A DNA stretch of 64,000 nt from an uncultured Candidatus Saccharibacteria bacterium (GTDB taxonomy: Bacteria > Patescibacteriota > WWE3 > CAZQFB01). Both the position numbers and the translations under genes were made by a program. Each line of letters starts with the position of its first letter. Position 1 is the stretch's first letter. The stretch covers positions 1,212 to 65,211 of the forward strand of contig CAZQFB010000001.1 of NCBI GenBank assembly GCA_964592525.1, written 5' to 3'. Below, one piece after another: positions 18,008 to 28,635 of the stretch. The notes below the pieces were generated by a model. The model saw nothing but the letters and a program-made list of their open reading frames with translations. It did not search any database and was not told where the DNA came from.

Positions 18008-20635
18008 ATGCGATACTACCAACCGCCATTAATATACCGTTTGTTTTTAGGGTTAATTAACTTTCCTTATTGGTGGTATTTCAGTGGCTCTTTTTGGTTT
18101 TTTGCCTTTTTACTTAGGGTGACCATTGTCGTTGCTGATAAATGGGCTATCAGAACAACCGCACGATTACTTTTAAAGCCCCTTTACCGAGATTACACTG
18201 TAGTGGGGGTGGTGATTGGTCCGATTATTCGCTTTTTGAGGCTGGTGGTGAGTAGTTTGGCTTTGGCAGTGGTTTTATCTGGCTTAACCTTTATCTATTA
18301 TCTGTGGTTAGCCCAACCGTTATTAGCTCTGCTCGCTATAATGGCAGATAAACCCTTTCTTTTAGTTTTATCACTTGGAGTAATGTTAGGGGGGTTTATT
18401 TTCCAACTACATTATTATCTAAGACACCACTTTGAGCCAGTAAGCTCCCAACCTCATAATTTGTATGTTGCCTGTGTTTTACCTGTTCGGCAAATACTCA
18501 ACCGCAGTCAGACAGTCGGTGCGGTTTTTAAGCAATTACCTGGAAGTAGTACGGGTCGTAAGGTGTTAACACGTTTGTCCATAACAAGTGAGTTGCTTCA
18601 AGAGCTAGTGGAAAGTGAGATCGGTCAAAGGCAGTTTGATCCCTCAAAGATTAGCCCCCAACTACTGGAAATTAGTCGGGATTGGGAGAGTGAGTACATT
18701 GGGATTGCTGAATTATTAGCCGCTTTAGTGCTTCATGATGAAGCTTTAGGCGATTTTTTGCAGACCAAAGAGCTAGATTTAGCTTTGTTAAAGGAGGTTG
18801 CGCGCTGGCTGATTCAAGAAGAAAGTTATTTCCACCCCCCCTCTATTTTTAGCGGGAGGTATGAACTAAGGACTCGCGGTGGGGTGAATAAATCTTGGTG
18901 TGCGCGACCTACCCCAGTGCTTGATAAGTATAGTGAGGATTTAACGAAAAAAGTTGAGCTGGGGTATCACCCACCCATAATTGCTAAAGAAAAAGTGATC
19001 GGGGATATTGTTAAGGTTTTATCACGGGCGACTGATGCTAATGCTTTAGTTTTAGGTAACGCTGGGAGTGGTAAAAGCTCGGTGTTGCTTGGTTTAGCCG
19101 AGATGATTATTGACGGTGATCCCCCGCCCGAACTGTGGGATAAAAGGATTGTCGTTTTGAATTCAGCTTCTCTTAGTGCAGGAACCAGAAGTCGGGGGGA
19201 GGTAGAGGCGAGGGTGAAAACCGTGGTGTCAGAAATTAAGCAAGCGGGTAATGTGATTTTAGCTATTGAAGAAATTCATACCTTTTTAAGTACTGGTGAA
19301 CAGGCGGAATTATCCCCTGTCTTTTCGGTCTTGGAAGCTTACCTAGAAGATAAGAATTTGAGTATTATTGGTACTAGTTCTTATGTGCAATATCATAAAT
19401 ATATTGAAGCGAACAATGCATTTGCTCGGCACTTTCATTTAGTGGAGTTAGCAGATGCAACTGAAGAACAAACTGCCGAGTTATTAAAGTACAAGGCTTT
19501 ATTATTAGAAAAAGAATACCCGGTTCAGATTAGTTATCCTGCCTTAGAAGAAGCCATTACTCTTTCCGATCGCTATATCCATGAACGAGTTTTCCCGGAT
19601 AAAGCTATTGATTTGCTGGAGTCGGCAGTGGTTCAAGTAGAAAAAAGTAAACCCCACGTGCTTATTACCAAAGCCCAGCTCATGGAAGCTGCCGCCGAAA
19701 GAGCACATATCCCCTTAGGGGTTATCTCGGCTGATGAGTCGGCCACTTTGCTGTCGTTGGAAAAAGCTTTACACAAAAGGGTAGTGGATCAGCGAGAGGC
19801 TATTGCCAAAGTGGCTGATATCTTGCGTCGTGCTCGGGTCGGTATTGTTGACAGTAGTAGACCAATTGGGTCTTTGTTACTGGTGGGACCAACTGGGGTG
19901 GGTAAAACAGAAATTGCCCGTGCTTTAGCCCGTGAATACTATGGTAGTGAAGAGGTGATGATCCGTTTGGATATGTCTGAATATCAAGAGCCTAGTAGTG
20001 TTTATCGGTTGATTGGGGCGCCTTTGGGTAAGGGTGAAACGGAAGGATTTTTGACTGAAGCTATTAGGCGTCGCCCTCATTCTTTAGTCTTGCTTGATGA
20101 GCTTGAAAAAGCCGAGAGGCATGTGCTCGATATCTTTTTGCAGGTTTTAGAAGATGGTCGCTTGAGTAGCGGTTCGGGTGTGGTGGTTGATTTTACCAAC
20201 GCTTTGATTATTGCGACCTCTAATGTGGGTGCCGATTTAATTCTGCGGACGGTGCGGAGTGGTTTAAGCCTAGAGAGTATTAAGTTACGTTTAGAAAGTT
20301 TATTAAATCAAGCATTTAGACCAGAATTTCTGAATCGGTTTGACGGTATTGTCTATATGAAAGCATTATCCAATAGGGAAATGGAAGAAATTGCCATTAT
20401 GATGCTGACTAAATTAGCAGACAGACTCAAAGAAAAGTATGACATTCAGTTGCAGTATCAGCCAGAGTTTATTGTGGCGTTAGCTAAAAAAGGATATGCT
20501 CCGGAGTTGGGGGCACGACCTTTAAGGCGCTTGATCCAGGATAAAGTTGAAGCTTATCTGGCTAAAGTGTTATTAGCTAAAGAAGTTCAACCGGGTGGTG
20601 TTATTGTGTTGGGTGCAGAATTATTAGTTGATTAA
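18008..20635 (+). CDS. ClpA/ClpB-family AAA+ ATPase with N-terminal membrane segments
   Basis: Two NBDs: GNAGSGKS/IEEIH, FPDKAIDLL, GPTGVGKTE, RLDMSEY, LDELEKA, FRPEFLNR, GARPLRR. Confidence 0.92.
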   Translation: MRYYQPPLIYRLFLGLINFPYWWYFSGSFWFFAFLLRVTIVVADKWAIRTTARLLLKPLYRDYTVVGVVIGPIIRFLRLVVSSLALAVVLSGLTFIYYLWLAQPLLALLAIMADKPFLLVLSLGVMLGGFIFQLHYYLRHHFEPVSSQPHNLYVACVLPVRQILNRSQTVGAVFKQLPGSSTGRKVLTRLSITSELLQELVESEIGQRQFDPSKISPQLLEISRDWESEYIGIAELLAALVLHDEALGDFLQTKELDLALLKEVARWLIQEESYFHPPSIFSGRYELRTRGGVNKSWCARPTPVLDKYSEDLTKKVELGYHPPIIAKEKVIGDIVKVLSRATDANALVLGNAGSGKSSVLLGLAEMIIDGDPPPELWDKRIVVLNSASLSAGTRSRGEVEARVKTVVSEIKQAGNVILAIEEIHTFLSTGEQAELSPVFSVLEAYLEDKNLSIIGTSSYVQYHKYIEANNAFARHFHLVELADATEEQTAELLKYKALLLEKEYPVQISYPALEEAITLSDRYIHERVFPDKAIDLLESAVVQVEKSKPHVLITKAQLMEAAAERAHIPLGVISADESATLLSLEKALHKRVVDQREAIAKVADILRRARVGIVDSSRPIGSLLLVGPTGVGKTEIARALAREYYGSEEVMIRLDMSEYQEPSSVYRLIGAPLGKGETEGFLTEAIRRRPHSLVLLDELEKAERHVLDIFLQVLEDGRLSSGSGVVVDFTNALIIATSNVGADLILRTVRSGLSLESIKLRLESLLNQAFRPEFLNRFDGIVYMKALSNREMEEIAIMMLTKLADRLKEKYDIQLQYQPEFIVALAKKGYAPELGARPLRRLIQDKVEAYLAKVLLAKEVQPGGVIVLGAELLVD

Positions 20636-20676
20636 AGCCTTTTGCATTAATCAGTTCTGGCTGATATAAACCTCGT

Positions 20677-21699
20677 ATGCTGGAGATAAAACAACGAGCG
20701 GAACGGTTGCTGAATAGTTTTGATATTGCCGCTCTGCTTAAGGAATTAAAATCCTTGGAGACAGAAGCCCTTAAACCAAATTTTTGGAATGATTGGGAAT
20801 ATGCCCAAAACACAATGAAACAGCTTGGGGCGATTAAGAATGATTTAGACGAAGCCGAATTACTATCATTACTTATAAGTGAAGAAGACTGGGTGGAGTT
20901 GGAGCGGGAATGTAAGCGTTTAGAGGGGCGGTTATTATTAGGCGGTCCTTACGATAGGGGTTCTGCGGTGCTTTCTATTCATGCGGGTCAAGGTGGAACA
21001 GAAGCGATGGATTGGGCGGAAATGTTAAAGAGAATGTATTGGCGGTATGCCGAAAAAATGGCTTGGCAAGTTGAGGTCTTAGAGGAGATTAAAGGCGAAG
21101 AAGCAGGTGTGAAATCAATCTCATTAAAGATTAAGGGTACTCCTGCTTATGGTTACCTTAAAGGGGAATCAGGTACCCACCGCTTAGTACGACAATCTCC
21201 CTTTAATGCTGATAAGTTAAGGCAGACCTCTTTTGCTGGGGTTGAAGTCATCCCGGAGCTGGAAGAAACCAGTAAAATAGTTGAGATTGCCGATGAAGAG
21301 ATTGAACTGGACACTTTTCGTTCGTCTGGTCCTGGTGGTCAGAATGTTAATAAAGTGGAAACGGCAGTACGACTTAAACATCTACCAACTGGTATTGTTG
21401 TCAGTTCGCAAAAAGAAAGAACCCAACAACGAAACCGTGCTCTAGCGATGGCTCTGTTAAAAGGTAAGTTATTTGCCTTACGAGAACTGGAATCTCGGGC
21501 GAAAGAAAAAGAACTTAAGGGTGAGTATAAAATTGCTGGTTGGGGTAACCAAATTCGCTCTTATGTGCTCCATCCTTATAAATTGGTCAAAGATTTGCGC
21601 ACGGGTTGTGAATCGTCCCAGCCGGAGGCGGTTTTAGCCGGAGATCTACAGATCTTTATTGATGCTTATCTGCGGTGGTTTAATCTAGAGATTGAGTGA
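20677..21699 (+). CDS. prfB: Peptide chain release factor 2
   Basis: SPF motif (RQSPFN), [18 protein letters not shown]. Confidence 0.96.
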   Translation: MLEIKQRAERLLNSFDIAALLKELKSLETEALKPNFWNDWEYAQNTMKQLGAIKNDLDEAELLSLLISEEDWVELERECKRLEGRLLLGGPYDRGSAVLSIHAGQGGTEAMDWAEMLKRMYWRYAEKMAWQVEVLEEIKGEEAGVKSISLKIKGTPAYGYLKGESGTHRLVRQSPFNADKLRQTSFAGVEVIPELEETSKIVEIADEEIELDTFRSSGPGGQNVNKVETAVRLKHLPTGIVVSSQKERTQQRNRALAMALLKGKLFALRELESRAKEKELKGEYKIAGWGNQIRSYVLHPYKLVKDLRTGCESSQPEAVLAGDLQIFIDAYLRWFNLEIE

Positions 21700-22189
21700 A
21701 AAACCTAGCTTAACCCGCTATAATATCTACGTGCCTGCTAACAAGACCCAACCAATTAGTCCTTTTAAAAACCTTTACTATCGTTTAGAAGCCTTGTCTA
21801 TGGGTCAGGTGCTGTTGCTTTTATTTATTATTGGTGTCCTTTTTTCTTTTTTGGGTTTGTCTGCGGGTCTCCTTTTTATTAATGACACGGCAGAACTTCT
21901 TCAAACAGAGGTTGCTGCGCCCAGGGTAGAAAAAGTGGCACTTACTAATGAACCAAGTGAGGTTGTGGGTGATTTGGTGCTTTCTGGTTTAGTTGAGAAA
22001 GTAGTGGGCAGTGCCGGCACTGCTTCTCATATTATTTTAGACGAAGCTGGGCAAACCCAGGCTTACTTGGTGGCTGATGATGCTAAACTGCAATTAATTG
22101 AGGGTACTAAAGTAGAGATTGTCGGTACCAGAGTTAATCAGGTGGAAGGACTGCCGTTGGTAAAAGTAGTAGAGGTGGTTTACCGATGA
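21692..22189 (+). CDS. Hypothetical membrane-anchored protein
   Basis: Single TM helix then a beta-rich domain; overlaps neighbours; start uncertain. Confidence 0.65.
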   Translation: MSEKPSLTRYNIYVPANKTQPISPFKNLYYRLEALSMGQVLLLLFIIGVLFSFLGLSAGLLFINDTAELLQTEVAAPRVEKVALTNEPSEVVGDLVLSGLVEKVVGSAGTASHIILDEAGQTQAYLVADDAKLQLIEGTKVEIVGTRVNQVEGLPLVKVVEVVYR

Positions 22190-22611
22190 TGCCTGAACAG
22201 GATTCCGGTGGTCTTTTTTACAAACCGTTTATGATCTTGGCAGCTGTTGTGGCGGTAACAGCTTTAGTTGGTATCTTTTATTTACTGGGGGCAGTTATTT
22301 TTAACCGACTTGGGGCCGAGTCAAAGCAAGCCTCAAAAATGGGTGGGGAAGAAGAACTGGTGTGGGCAAGTAGAAGGTTATCCAAATGTAATGAAAGTTG
22401 GCACTCTAAAGGCACAACCTTTGATAAATATGTTAAAAGCTTGGGAGTAGAGGTTTTAGAAAAAAAAGTCGTGGCAGATGATTTGGCAAAAATAATTGAT
22501 TGTTCTGGTTGTGAATGTCCGAGTGGGGAAGTAGTATTTGTTAAAGTGTATAATTATGCGTTAGCTGATCTGGTTGGTTTTGTGAAAAGCGGACCACCTA
22601 AGGAAAAATGA
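22186..22611 (+). CDS. Hypothetical membrane-anchored protein with a CxxCxC motif
   Basis: TM helix; C...W...CSGCECPSG. Confidence 0.65.
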   Translation: MMPEQDSGGLFYKPFMILAAVVAVTALVGIFYLLGAVIFNRLGAESKQASKMGGEEELVWASRRLSKCNESWHSKGTTFDKYVKSLGVEVLEKKVVADDLAKIIDCSGCECPSGEVVFVKVYNYALADLVGFVKSGPPKEK

Positions 22612-23285
22612 TTACTTATTATAATATTAGCAAAGAGTATCCAGATGGAACAATTGCGCTTCAGGATATCAATTTAGAGATTGATGAGGGGGAGTTTGTT
22701 TTGATAGTTGGTCCTTCTGGTGCTGGCAAATCTACTTTGTTTAAGTTGTTGGTTCGGGAGGAATTGCCTACCGTGGGGGAGATTTATCTGGGGGATTTAG
22801 TGGTTACTGATCTTAAAGAAAGGCACTTACCGAAATTAAGGAGAGAGGTAGGTATGATTTTCCAGGATTTTAAGTTGTTACCTAGTTTAACGGTTTCGGA
22901 AAATATTGCCTTCCCCCTTCAGGTGATGGGTAAAGCTAAACCTGAAATTGAGGAAATTGTGCCCGAAGTGTTGGATCTGGTTGGTTTGATTGACCGGTCT
23001 CATGTTTTCCCCAAACATTTATCGGGAGGCGAAAAACAAAAACTTTCCATTGCGCGAGCGATTTCCACCGAACCGAGTATTTTGGTTGCGGATGAGCCCA
23101 CTGGCAATATAGATTATGATTCTACTTGGGCGGTAATTGAGCTACTGACAAAAATTAATGATTTGGGTACTACGGTGGTATTGACAACCCATGACCCAGA
23201 AATAGTTGAGAAGTTAAATAAAAGAGTGGTTTCCATAGATAAAGGACGGATCATTGCTGATCAGAAGGAAAAAAGTAAAAAATGA
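22608..23285 (+). CDS. ftsE: Cell division ATP-binding protein FtsE
   Basis: GPSGAGKST, FQDFKLL, LSGGEKQ, ADEPTGN; followed by ftsX. Confidence 0.93.
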   Translation: MITYYNISKEYPDGTIALQDINLEIDEGEFVLIVGPSGAGKSTLFKLLVREELPTVGEIYLGDLVVTDLKERHLPKLRREVGMIFQDFKLLPSLTVSENIAFPLQVMGKAKPEIEEIVPEVLDLVGLIDRSHVFPKHLSGGEKQKLSIARAISTEPSILVADEPTGNIDYDSTWAVIELLTKINDLGTTVVLTTHDPEIVEKLNKRVVSIDKGRIIADQKEKSKK

Positions 23286-24151
23286 TTTCTTTAAGAAGAG
23301 CGTTTCAATATATTTTACGCAATAAAGGTTTATCGTTCGTTGCCGTTGTGGTTATGGCTTCTGCTTTTTTTGTTACTTCTGTGTTTGCGGTTGCCTCTTA
23401 TGGTTCATATCGGTTGCTTGATTATTTTGAGTCTCAAGCCCAAGTGACCGGCTTTTTTAAGGATGAGGCGACAGAAGCGGATATTTTGAGTATCAAAAGT
23501 AGTATTGAAGCGACTGGCTTGGTGGAAACAGCAACTTACGTTTCAAAGGAAGAAGCTCTTAATATTTATGTCAACCGGTTTAATGAAGACCCTGCTTTAT
23601 TGGAATCAATCGCAGCTAATATTTTGCCAGCCAGCTTAGATATCCGGGCGAAGGATTCAGAGGATTTACCGCAAATTGCACAGCTGTTGAAAGCCGAGGT
23701 GTTGGTAGAGGATGTTTCCTTCCGTGAGGATATTTTGGAGAAACTCCTTAAGATCACCAAAGGTGCCCAGTTGATTCAGGTCATCTTAGTCATCTTGCAG
23801 CTCTTTTCCACCACTTTTATGGTATTGATAACTATTGCTTTGGTTATTCAGTACCGGCGTGATGAGATTGAAATTATGCGGTTAGTTGGTGCTACTCGTC
23901 GCCAAGTCGCTTTGCCCTTTATTTTGCAGGCCATTTTTTACGGTTTATTGGGGGCGTTGTTTTCGGCAGCGGTGATTGTGCCGGCTTTGCCACAAGTGAT
24001 GCCAACATTTGAAATTACTTTTTTGAGTGCGCCTCTGTTAGAGATAGTTACCCCCTACTTATTAGTGTGGGTTATGGTTGGCAATATCGTACTAGGGTTG
24101 AGTTTGGGTGCTTTGGGGGGGTTTCTAGCAACTTGGCGTTTTTTGAAGTAA
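23282..24151 (+). CDS. ftsX: Cell division permease FtsX
   Basis: YVSKEEAL, NILPASLDI, RRDEIEIMRLVGAT. Confidence 0.92.
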   Translation: MISLRRAFQYILRNKGLSFVAVVVMASAFFVTSVFAVASYGSYRLLDYFESQAQVTGFFKDEATEADILSIKSSIEATGLVETATYVSKEEALNIYVNRFNEDPALLESIAANILPASLDIRAKDSEDLPQIAQLLKAEVLVEDVSFREDILEKLLKITKGAQLIQVILVILQLFSTTFMVLITIALVIQYRRDEIEIMRLVGATRRQVALPFILQAIFYGLLGALFSAAVIVPALPQVMPTFEITFLSAPLLEIVTPYLLVWVMVGNIVLGLSLGALGGFLATWRFLK

Positions 24152-24160
24152 GCTATCACC

Positions 24161-25369
24161 ATGAGATTTAACAAACGGGTCTTTTTACCTTTATTTTTAA
24201 TTGGGGTGGTCTTGGTGGCCTTTTCTCCAAGTATTGCTACGGCAGCGTTTAGAGTGGGTGCTAGTGATGATCTTGAGGACTTGCAGGAAGATTTCCAAGG
24301 TTTAATTGAAGAAGAACAGCGTTTACGGCAGAAGTTGGAGGAAGTAGGGCAGGAGAAGGTCTCTTTAGAAAATCAGGTGGAGTATATTGATGGTTCTATC
24401 CAGCTAACTACGGTAGAGATTAATCGTCTTCAATACCAAATTGCTGAAAAAGAAAAAGAACTGGGTGCTTTGGAAACCGACATTGGTACTTTGGAAGAGA
24501 GAATTAACCGTTTGGGAGAGGCGTTAGATTATCAGACGGCTATATTTAAGAGTAGAGCCACTGCTAGCTATAAAGCTTTAAGGTTAACCCCGCTGGAGAT
24601 ATTCTTAACCTCGGGGACGCCAGGGGAGCTGTTATCTTACGCTAAGTACCTCCAGAGGTTTGAAACTCAAGACCGTTATCTCCTCTGGGAGATGCGGGAT
24701 ATTTCCAAGGTTTATAACAACCAAAAAGATTTACTGCAGGCTAAAAAACAGCAGGTGGAGGATGTTAAGGAAGATATTGAGCTAAGTAAAGGCTCCATGG
24801 TGCAGAAGAAAGATAGCCTATCTGGTCAGAAACAGGCTAAAAGTGATTTGCTGGAAGTTACCAAAAGTGACGAAGCTATTTATCAACGCCAGTTAGAAGC
24901 GATCTTAGCTGAACAACAGGCTATTGAGAGTGCTATTTCTCGGTTCACCTCATCGTTAATAAATAACGGTGTGCCAGATGGTTCCGAGGTGAAAAGAGGT
25001 GATGTTATTGCTGTTCAGGGTAGTACTGGTCAATCTACGGGAGATCATGTTCACTTTGCTGTTTATGTTCCTTGTGGCGATAATTGGTGTCATACTAATC
25101 CTCAATCTTATATTGACTCTGGCAGGCTAAAGTGGCCTTTAGCTAGTTTTGAAATTAGCCAAGAATATGGCGAAACTGAATTTGCTCGAACTTCGGGTTT
25201 TTACGCAAACAATTTTCATAATGGTATTGATATTTATGGTCCGATTGGCTGTTCGGTGCTAGCGCCAGCGGATGGTGTAGCGGTTTATAGCCAAGATAGT
25301 GTTGGTGGTAAGGGTGTTTTGGTATATCATGATGAAGCTTTAATGAGCCTTATGTGGCACATACGGTAA
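24161..25369 (+). CDS. Coiled-coil plus M23 peptidase protein (EnvC-like partner of FtsEX)
   Basis: Signal/TM, long coiled coil, GSTGQSTGDHVHF and HNGID motifs. Confidence 0.85.
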   Translation: MRFNKRVFLPLFLIGVVLVAFSPSIATAAFRVGASDDLEDLQEDFQGLIEEEQRLRQKLEEVGQEKVSLENQVEYIDGSIQLTTVEINRLQYQIAEKEKELGALETDIGTLEERINRLGEALDYQTAIFKSRATASYKALRLTPLEIFLTSGTPGELLSYAKYLQRFETQDRYLLWEMRDISKVYNNQKDLLQAKKQQVEDVKEDIELSKGSMVQKKDSLSGQKQAKSDLLEVTKSDEAIYQRQLEAILAEQQAIESAISRFTSSLINNGVPDGSEVKRGDVIAVQGSTGQSTGDHVHFAVYVPCGDNWCHTNPQSYIDSGRLKWPLASFEISQEYGETEFARTSGFYANNFHNGIDIYGPIGCSVLAPADGVAVYSQDSVGGKGVLVYHDEALMSLMWHIR

Positions 25370-25441
25370 CAATAATAATGAACTAGGAATTAGGATTTAA
25401 GAGAGAGTAAAGCATTTATTTCCCTGTCCAAGAACAATAAA

Positions 25442-26767
25442 ATGAAAAGTTTGTTGATTGCTGTATTGCTGATTGCTTTACAAGTAAATCCTGTTTTAGC
25501 CCATCAATATTCTGTCAAATTTTCAGAAATTGCCTGGATGGGTACCAATGCTTCTTCCTCTGATGAGTGGCTTGAGCTTTATAATAGCTCCTCGGAAACA
25601 GTGTCTCTTGAAGGCTGGGGAATCTACGAGTCGGGTGGCGAGGTGTTGGTTGAAGATTTACATGGTGAGATTGGGGGTGGATCCTTTTACCTGGTGGAAA
25701 GAACGAACAACGATACAGTATCAGATATTTCTGCTAGTCAGGAACCTTCCGGTTGGGGTGGGGGTGGTTTGGCTAACGACGGCGAAGATTTGGTAATTAA
25801 AGATAACGAAGGCAACATAGTTGATCGGGTGGATGCGTCAGAGGGTTGGTTTGCCGGGAGCAATACTACTAAAACCTCTATGGAAAGGGTGGATTATTCC
25901 TCTGCAGAATCTTCTGCCTGGCAGGAGAGTAGCGGTACTGTGGGTAAGGATGCTGAAGGCAACCCCATTTATGGCACTCCTGGCAAAGCCAACTCCAGTG
26001 GCGTGGTTAATCAAGATGAGGGGGAAGAAGAAGAGATAGAGGCTGAATCTGAAGAAGATGACGAAGCAGACACAGAAGCTTCGTCTGAAACCCTTCGCCT
26101 TAACGAGCTTATGCCAAATCCTACAGGGGATGATTCAGCTGAATATATTGAGCTTTTTAACTACGGGAATGAGGTGGTTAAATTGGTTGGTTGGGCGATT
26201 GGGGATGAAAGTAGTACCAAACGCTTGGATGCTATAACTGCAGAACAGAAGTGTGCGGCGGGGGATTATCTTGTTCTTTATAGATCCCAAGGAAGTATAA
26301 GTCTTAATAACGATGGGGATAAGGTCTATCTATTTGGTCCTGGGGGAGAGGTGGTAGATGAGGTGAGCTATCAAGATGTCGCTGAAGGGCAAGCTTATGC
26401 TTATGATGGTTTTTCATGGTTAGTGTCCCTGGCACCTACCCCCGGTCAGGTAAATGAGATGGTGTTTGAGGAAGAAGAGGAAACCAACACTCTCAATGAA
26501 GAAAGTGAGAGGGAGGCAGCAAAAGATGAAGTGACAACGACCACTGTGGCTAAGCCCACAGTGAAGGCTAAAGTAGTCCAGCCGGCTTCTTGGGATAATA
26601 TTGAATTGTTAACTCACGATTTGGTCAAAGGAGCGCAAACCTACCAGATAGGTGACAAACCACCAACCAATGAAAAACTTTCAACGAAGAGAGTTATGAT
26701 ATTGACCGTGTTTTTGGTTGGTATTGTGGGGGCTTTGGGGTACCTTAAATGGCGGGAAAAGCGCTGA
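25442..26767 (+). CDS. Secreted, C-terminally anchored protein with two lamin-tail-like domains
   Basis: Two FSEIAW/LNELMPNP...EW/YIEL.N...L.GW...TPG repeats; acidic linker; C-terminal TM helix. Confidence 0.8.
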   Translation: MKSLLIAVLLIALQVNPVLAHQYSVKFSEIAWMGTNASSSDEWLELYNSSSETVSLEGWGIYESGGEVLVEDLHGEIGGGSFYLVERTNNDTVSDISASQEPSGWGGGGLANDGEDLVIKDNEGNIVDRVDASEGWFAGSNTTKTSMERVDYSSAESSAWQESSGTVGKDAEGNPIYGTPGKANSSGVVNQDEGEEEEIEAESEEDDEADTEASSETLRLNELMPNPTGDDSAEYIELFNYGNEVVKLVGWAIGDESSTKRLDAITAEQKCAAGDYLVLYRSQGSISLNNDGDKVYLFGPGGEVVDEVSYQDVAEGQAYAYDGFSWLVSLAPTPGQVNEMVFEEEEETNTLNEESEREAAKDEVTTTTVAKPTVKAKVVQPASWDNIELLTHDLVKGAQTYQIGDKPPTNEKLSTKRVMILTVFLVGIVGALGYLKWREKR

Positions 26768-27704
26768 TATAGCTATATTGCAGTAGGATTAACACGCTAT
26801 AAAACATAACCAAAATAAAACCCTCGCTGGCGGTTAGCTTGTACTGGCTTCTTAAAAATAAACTGAACACAATCAGTACTAGGGTCCAAGTAATGGAAAT
26901 AAAAGCAATATACCCCGGATTGGTGGGGGTGATGGGGCTAATTAACGCTACCATTCCGAGTACTAGGCAGGAATTAGTGACCACACTGCCTAAAATATTA
27001 CCTAGCGCTAGGCCACTTTCTCTTTTTCTCACGGCGTAAAGTTCAAACGTTAGTTCAGGTAAGGTGGTACCAAAAGCCACAATGGCTGCGCCAATTACAA
27101 CGATTGGTATTTGTAACAGCTCCGCCATATTTGAGGCGGCTAGGACTAAGTAATGGGCGCTAAAAACCAGGACCACCATTTCCAGACCGAATTTAATAAG
27201 ATAGTAGCCGAGTGAATGAATGTTTTCTTCGTGGTTGAATTTTTTGGAAAAGCTTTCCCTTTGTGACATTAAGCGATAGAGATAAAGAAGGAAGAGTATT
27301 AATAAGGCGATGCCGTCGGAGCGGGAAAGTGTAGCATCAGCTAGTAGAATAATAGGCATCATGCTTAGGATAATGGTATAGAAAAGATCACGATTGCGTA
27401 TTTTACTTTCAATTCTCAAGCCATTGGCGAGTAGTGCGGGCAGCCCAATAACTAAAGTTAAGTTAATAATATTGGCCCCCAGAACCATTCCCAAAGCCAG
27501 GTTGGGTTTATTTTCTAAGGCTGAATTAATTCCCACGGTGAGTTCCGGTAGGGAGGTGGCTATAGCCATTAAGATGAAAGCGGCAGTAAATTCCGAAAGC
27601 TTAAAAAATACAGCTAGCTTGGTTAAGGTTTGGATAGCGGAAGTCGCACTTTTGATCAAGATGACTAACACCGTAATAAACAAACCTAGTTGCAGCCCAA
27701 GCAT
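26745..27704 (-). CDS. Ca2+/Na+ antiporter (CaCA, YrbG-like)
   Basis: ATSLPEL...GANIIN and GTTLPEL...GNILGS alpha repeats. Confidence 0.9.
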   Translation of the reverse strand: MLGLQLGLFITVLVILIKSATSAIQTLTKLAVFFKLSEFTAAFILMAIATSLPELTVGINSALENKPNLALGMVLGANIINLTLVIGLPALLANGLRIESKIRNRDLFYTIILSMMPIILLADATLSRSDGIALLILFLLYLYRLMSQRESFSKKFNHEENIHSLGYYLIKFGLEMVVLVFSAHYLVLAASNMAELLQIPIVVIGAAIVAFGTTLPELTFELYAVRKRESGLALGNILGSVVTNSCLVLGMVALISPITPTNPGYIAFISITWTLVLIVFSLFLRSQYKLTASEGFILVMFYSVLILLQYSYISAFPAI

Positions 27705-27757
27705 AGCATAATTATCAAGTATCTTATGATGCTTAGCAAACCCCCAAGCTTGTTATA

Positions 27758-28141
27758 ATGCAAAGTATGCGTTTAATGTTGTTATATTACTTACCGTTGC
27801 TTGGCTGGTTAGGCGTGATTTATTACCTTTCTAGCTTACCTGGATTAGCGGTTAGTACGGGCTGGACTGATTTTATGCTGCGTAAAGGGGCTCATTTTGT
27901 TGAATATCTCGTACTGTGTCTGCTTATTTATCGGCTATTAGCTAGACACGCGTTGTTTTCTAGATATCGGTTATGGGTGGCTTTGTTTTTAACAGCTATT
28001 TACGCCGCGAGTGATGAGTATCACCAGTCGTTAGTGCCTACCCGCTCTGGTAACCTGACTGATTGGTGGCTGGATACTACGGGGGCTTTAGCGGGAGCGG
28101 GAGTTATCAAATATGGACAAGTGGATTCATTTATCAAGTGA
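27758..28141 (+). CDS. VanZ-family membrane protein
   Basis: RKGAHFVEY, YAASDEYHQSLVPTR.G...D. Confidence 0.88.
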   Translation: MQSMRLMLLYYLPLLGWLGVIYYLSSLPGLAVSTGWTDFMLRKGAHFVEYLVLCLLIYRLLARHALFSRYRLWVALFLTAIYAASDEYHQSLVPTRSGNLTDWWLDTTGALAGAGVIKYGQVDSFIK

Positions 28142-28550
28142 AGAAGATACTAAAAATTTAGCCCAAGAGATAGCTAATAACCTCCAGGGTGGTGAGGTTA
28201 TTGCTCTTAGTGGAGAATTGGGTACGGGTAAAACTACTTTTACTAGGTATTTGGTGGCGTGTTTGGGAGGTACGGCTAGAGTGATGAGCCCAACGTTTGT
28301 GCTTCATCGGATATACCCCGTGCACAGTGGTTCTATTGTAAAAGTCCATCATTTGGATGCTTATCGGTTAGGAGCCAATCAGGATTTTGAGGAAGGCATT
28401 AATATAGAAGAACTGGTAGATCAGAAATCTGTTTTGGTAGTTGAATGGGCAGACAAGGTGTTGGCTTGGTTGCCCCAGGATAGCTTGATCAAAATTGAGT
28501 TTGAATACCTGGAAAAGGGTGGAAGAAAGTTAAAAATAAAGGGCGTTTAA
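28113..28550 (+). CDS. tsaE: t6A biosynthesis ATPase TsaE
   Basis: GELGTGKTTF, SPTF, HLDAYRL, VEWA. Confidence 0.94.
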   Translation: MDKWIHLSSEEDTKNLAQEIANNLQGGEVIALSGELGTGKTTFTRYLVACLGGTARVMSPTFVLHRIYPVHSGSIVKVHHLDAYRLGANQDFEEGINIEELVDQKSVLVVEWADKVLAWLPQDSLIKIEFEYLEKGGRKLKIKGV

Positions 28551-28635
28551 CTTAAAATTCAAAAGCTAAAAGCAATATCTAAAGGTTAGTAAGTTATACT
28601 TATTGCTTATTGGCAATTATTTTTTAGATAAGATT

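Noticed and set aside
20677-20760. Programmed +1 frameshift in prfB
   Set aside because: No CTT-TGA-C site; the frame is open from the ATG through the usual position (AGT TTT GAT)
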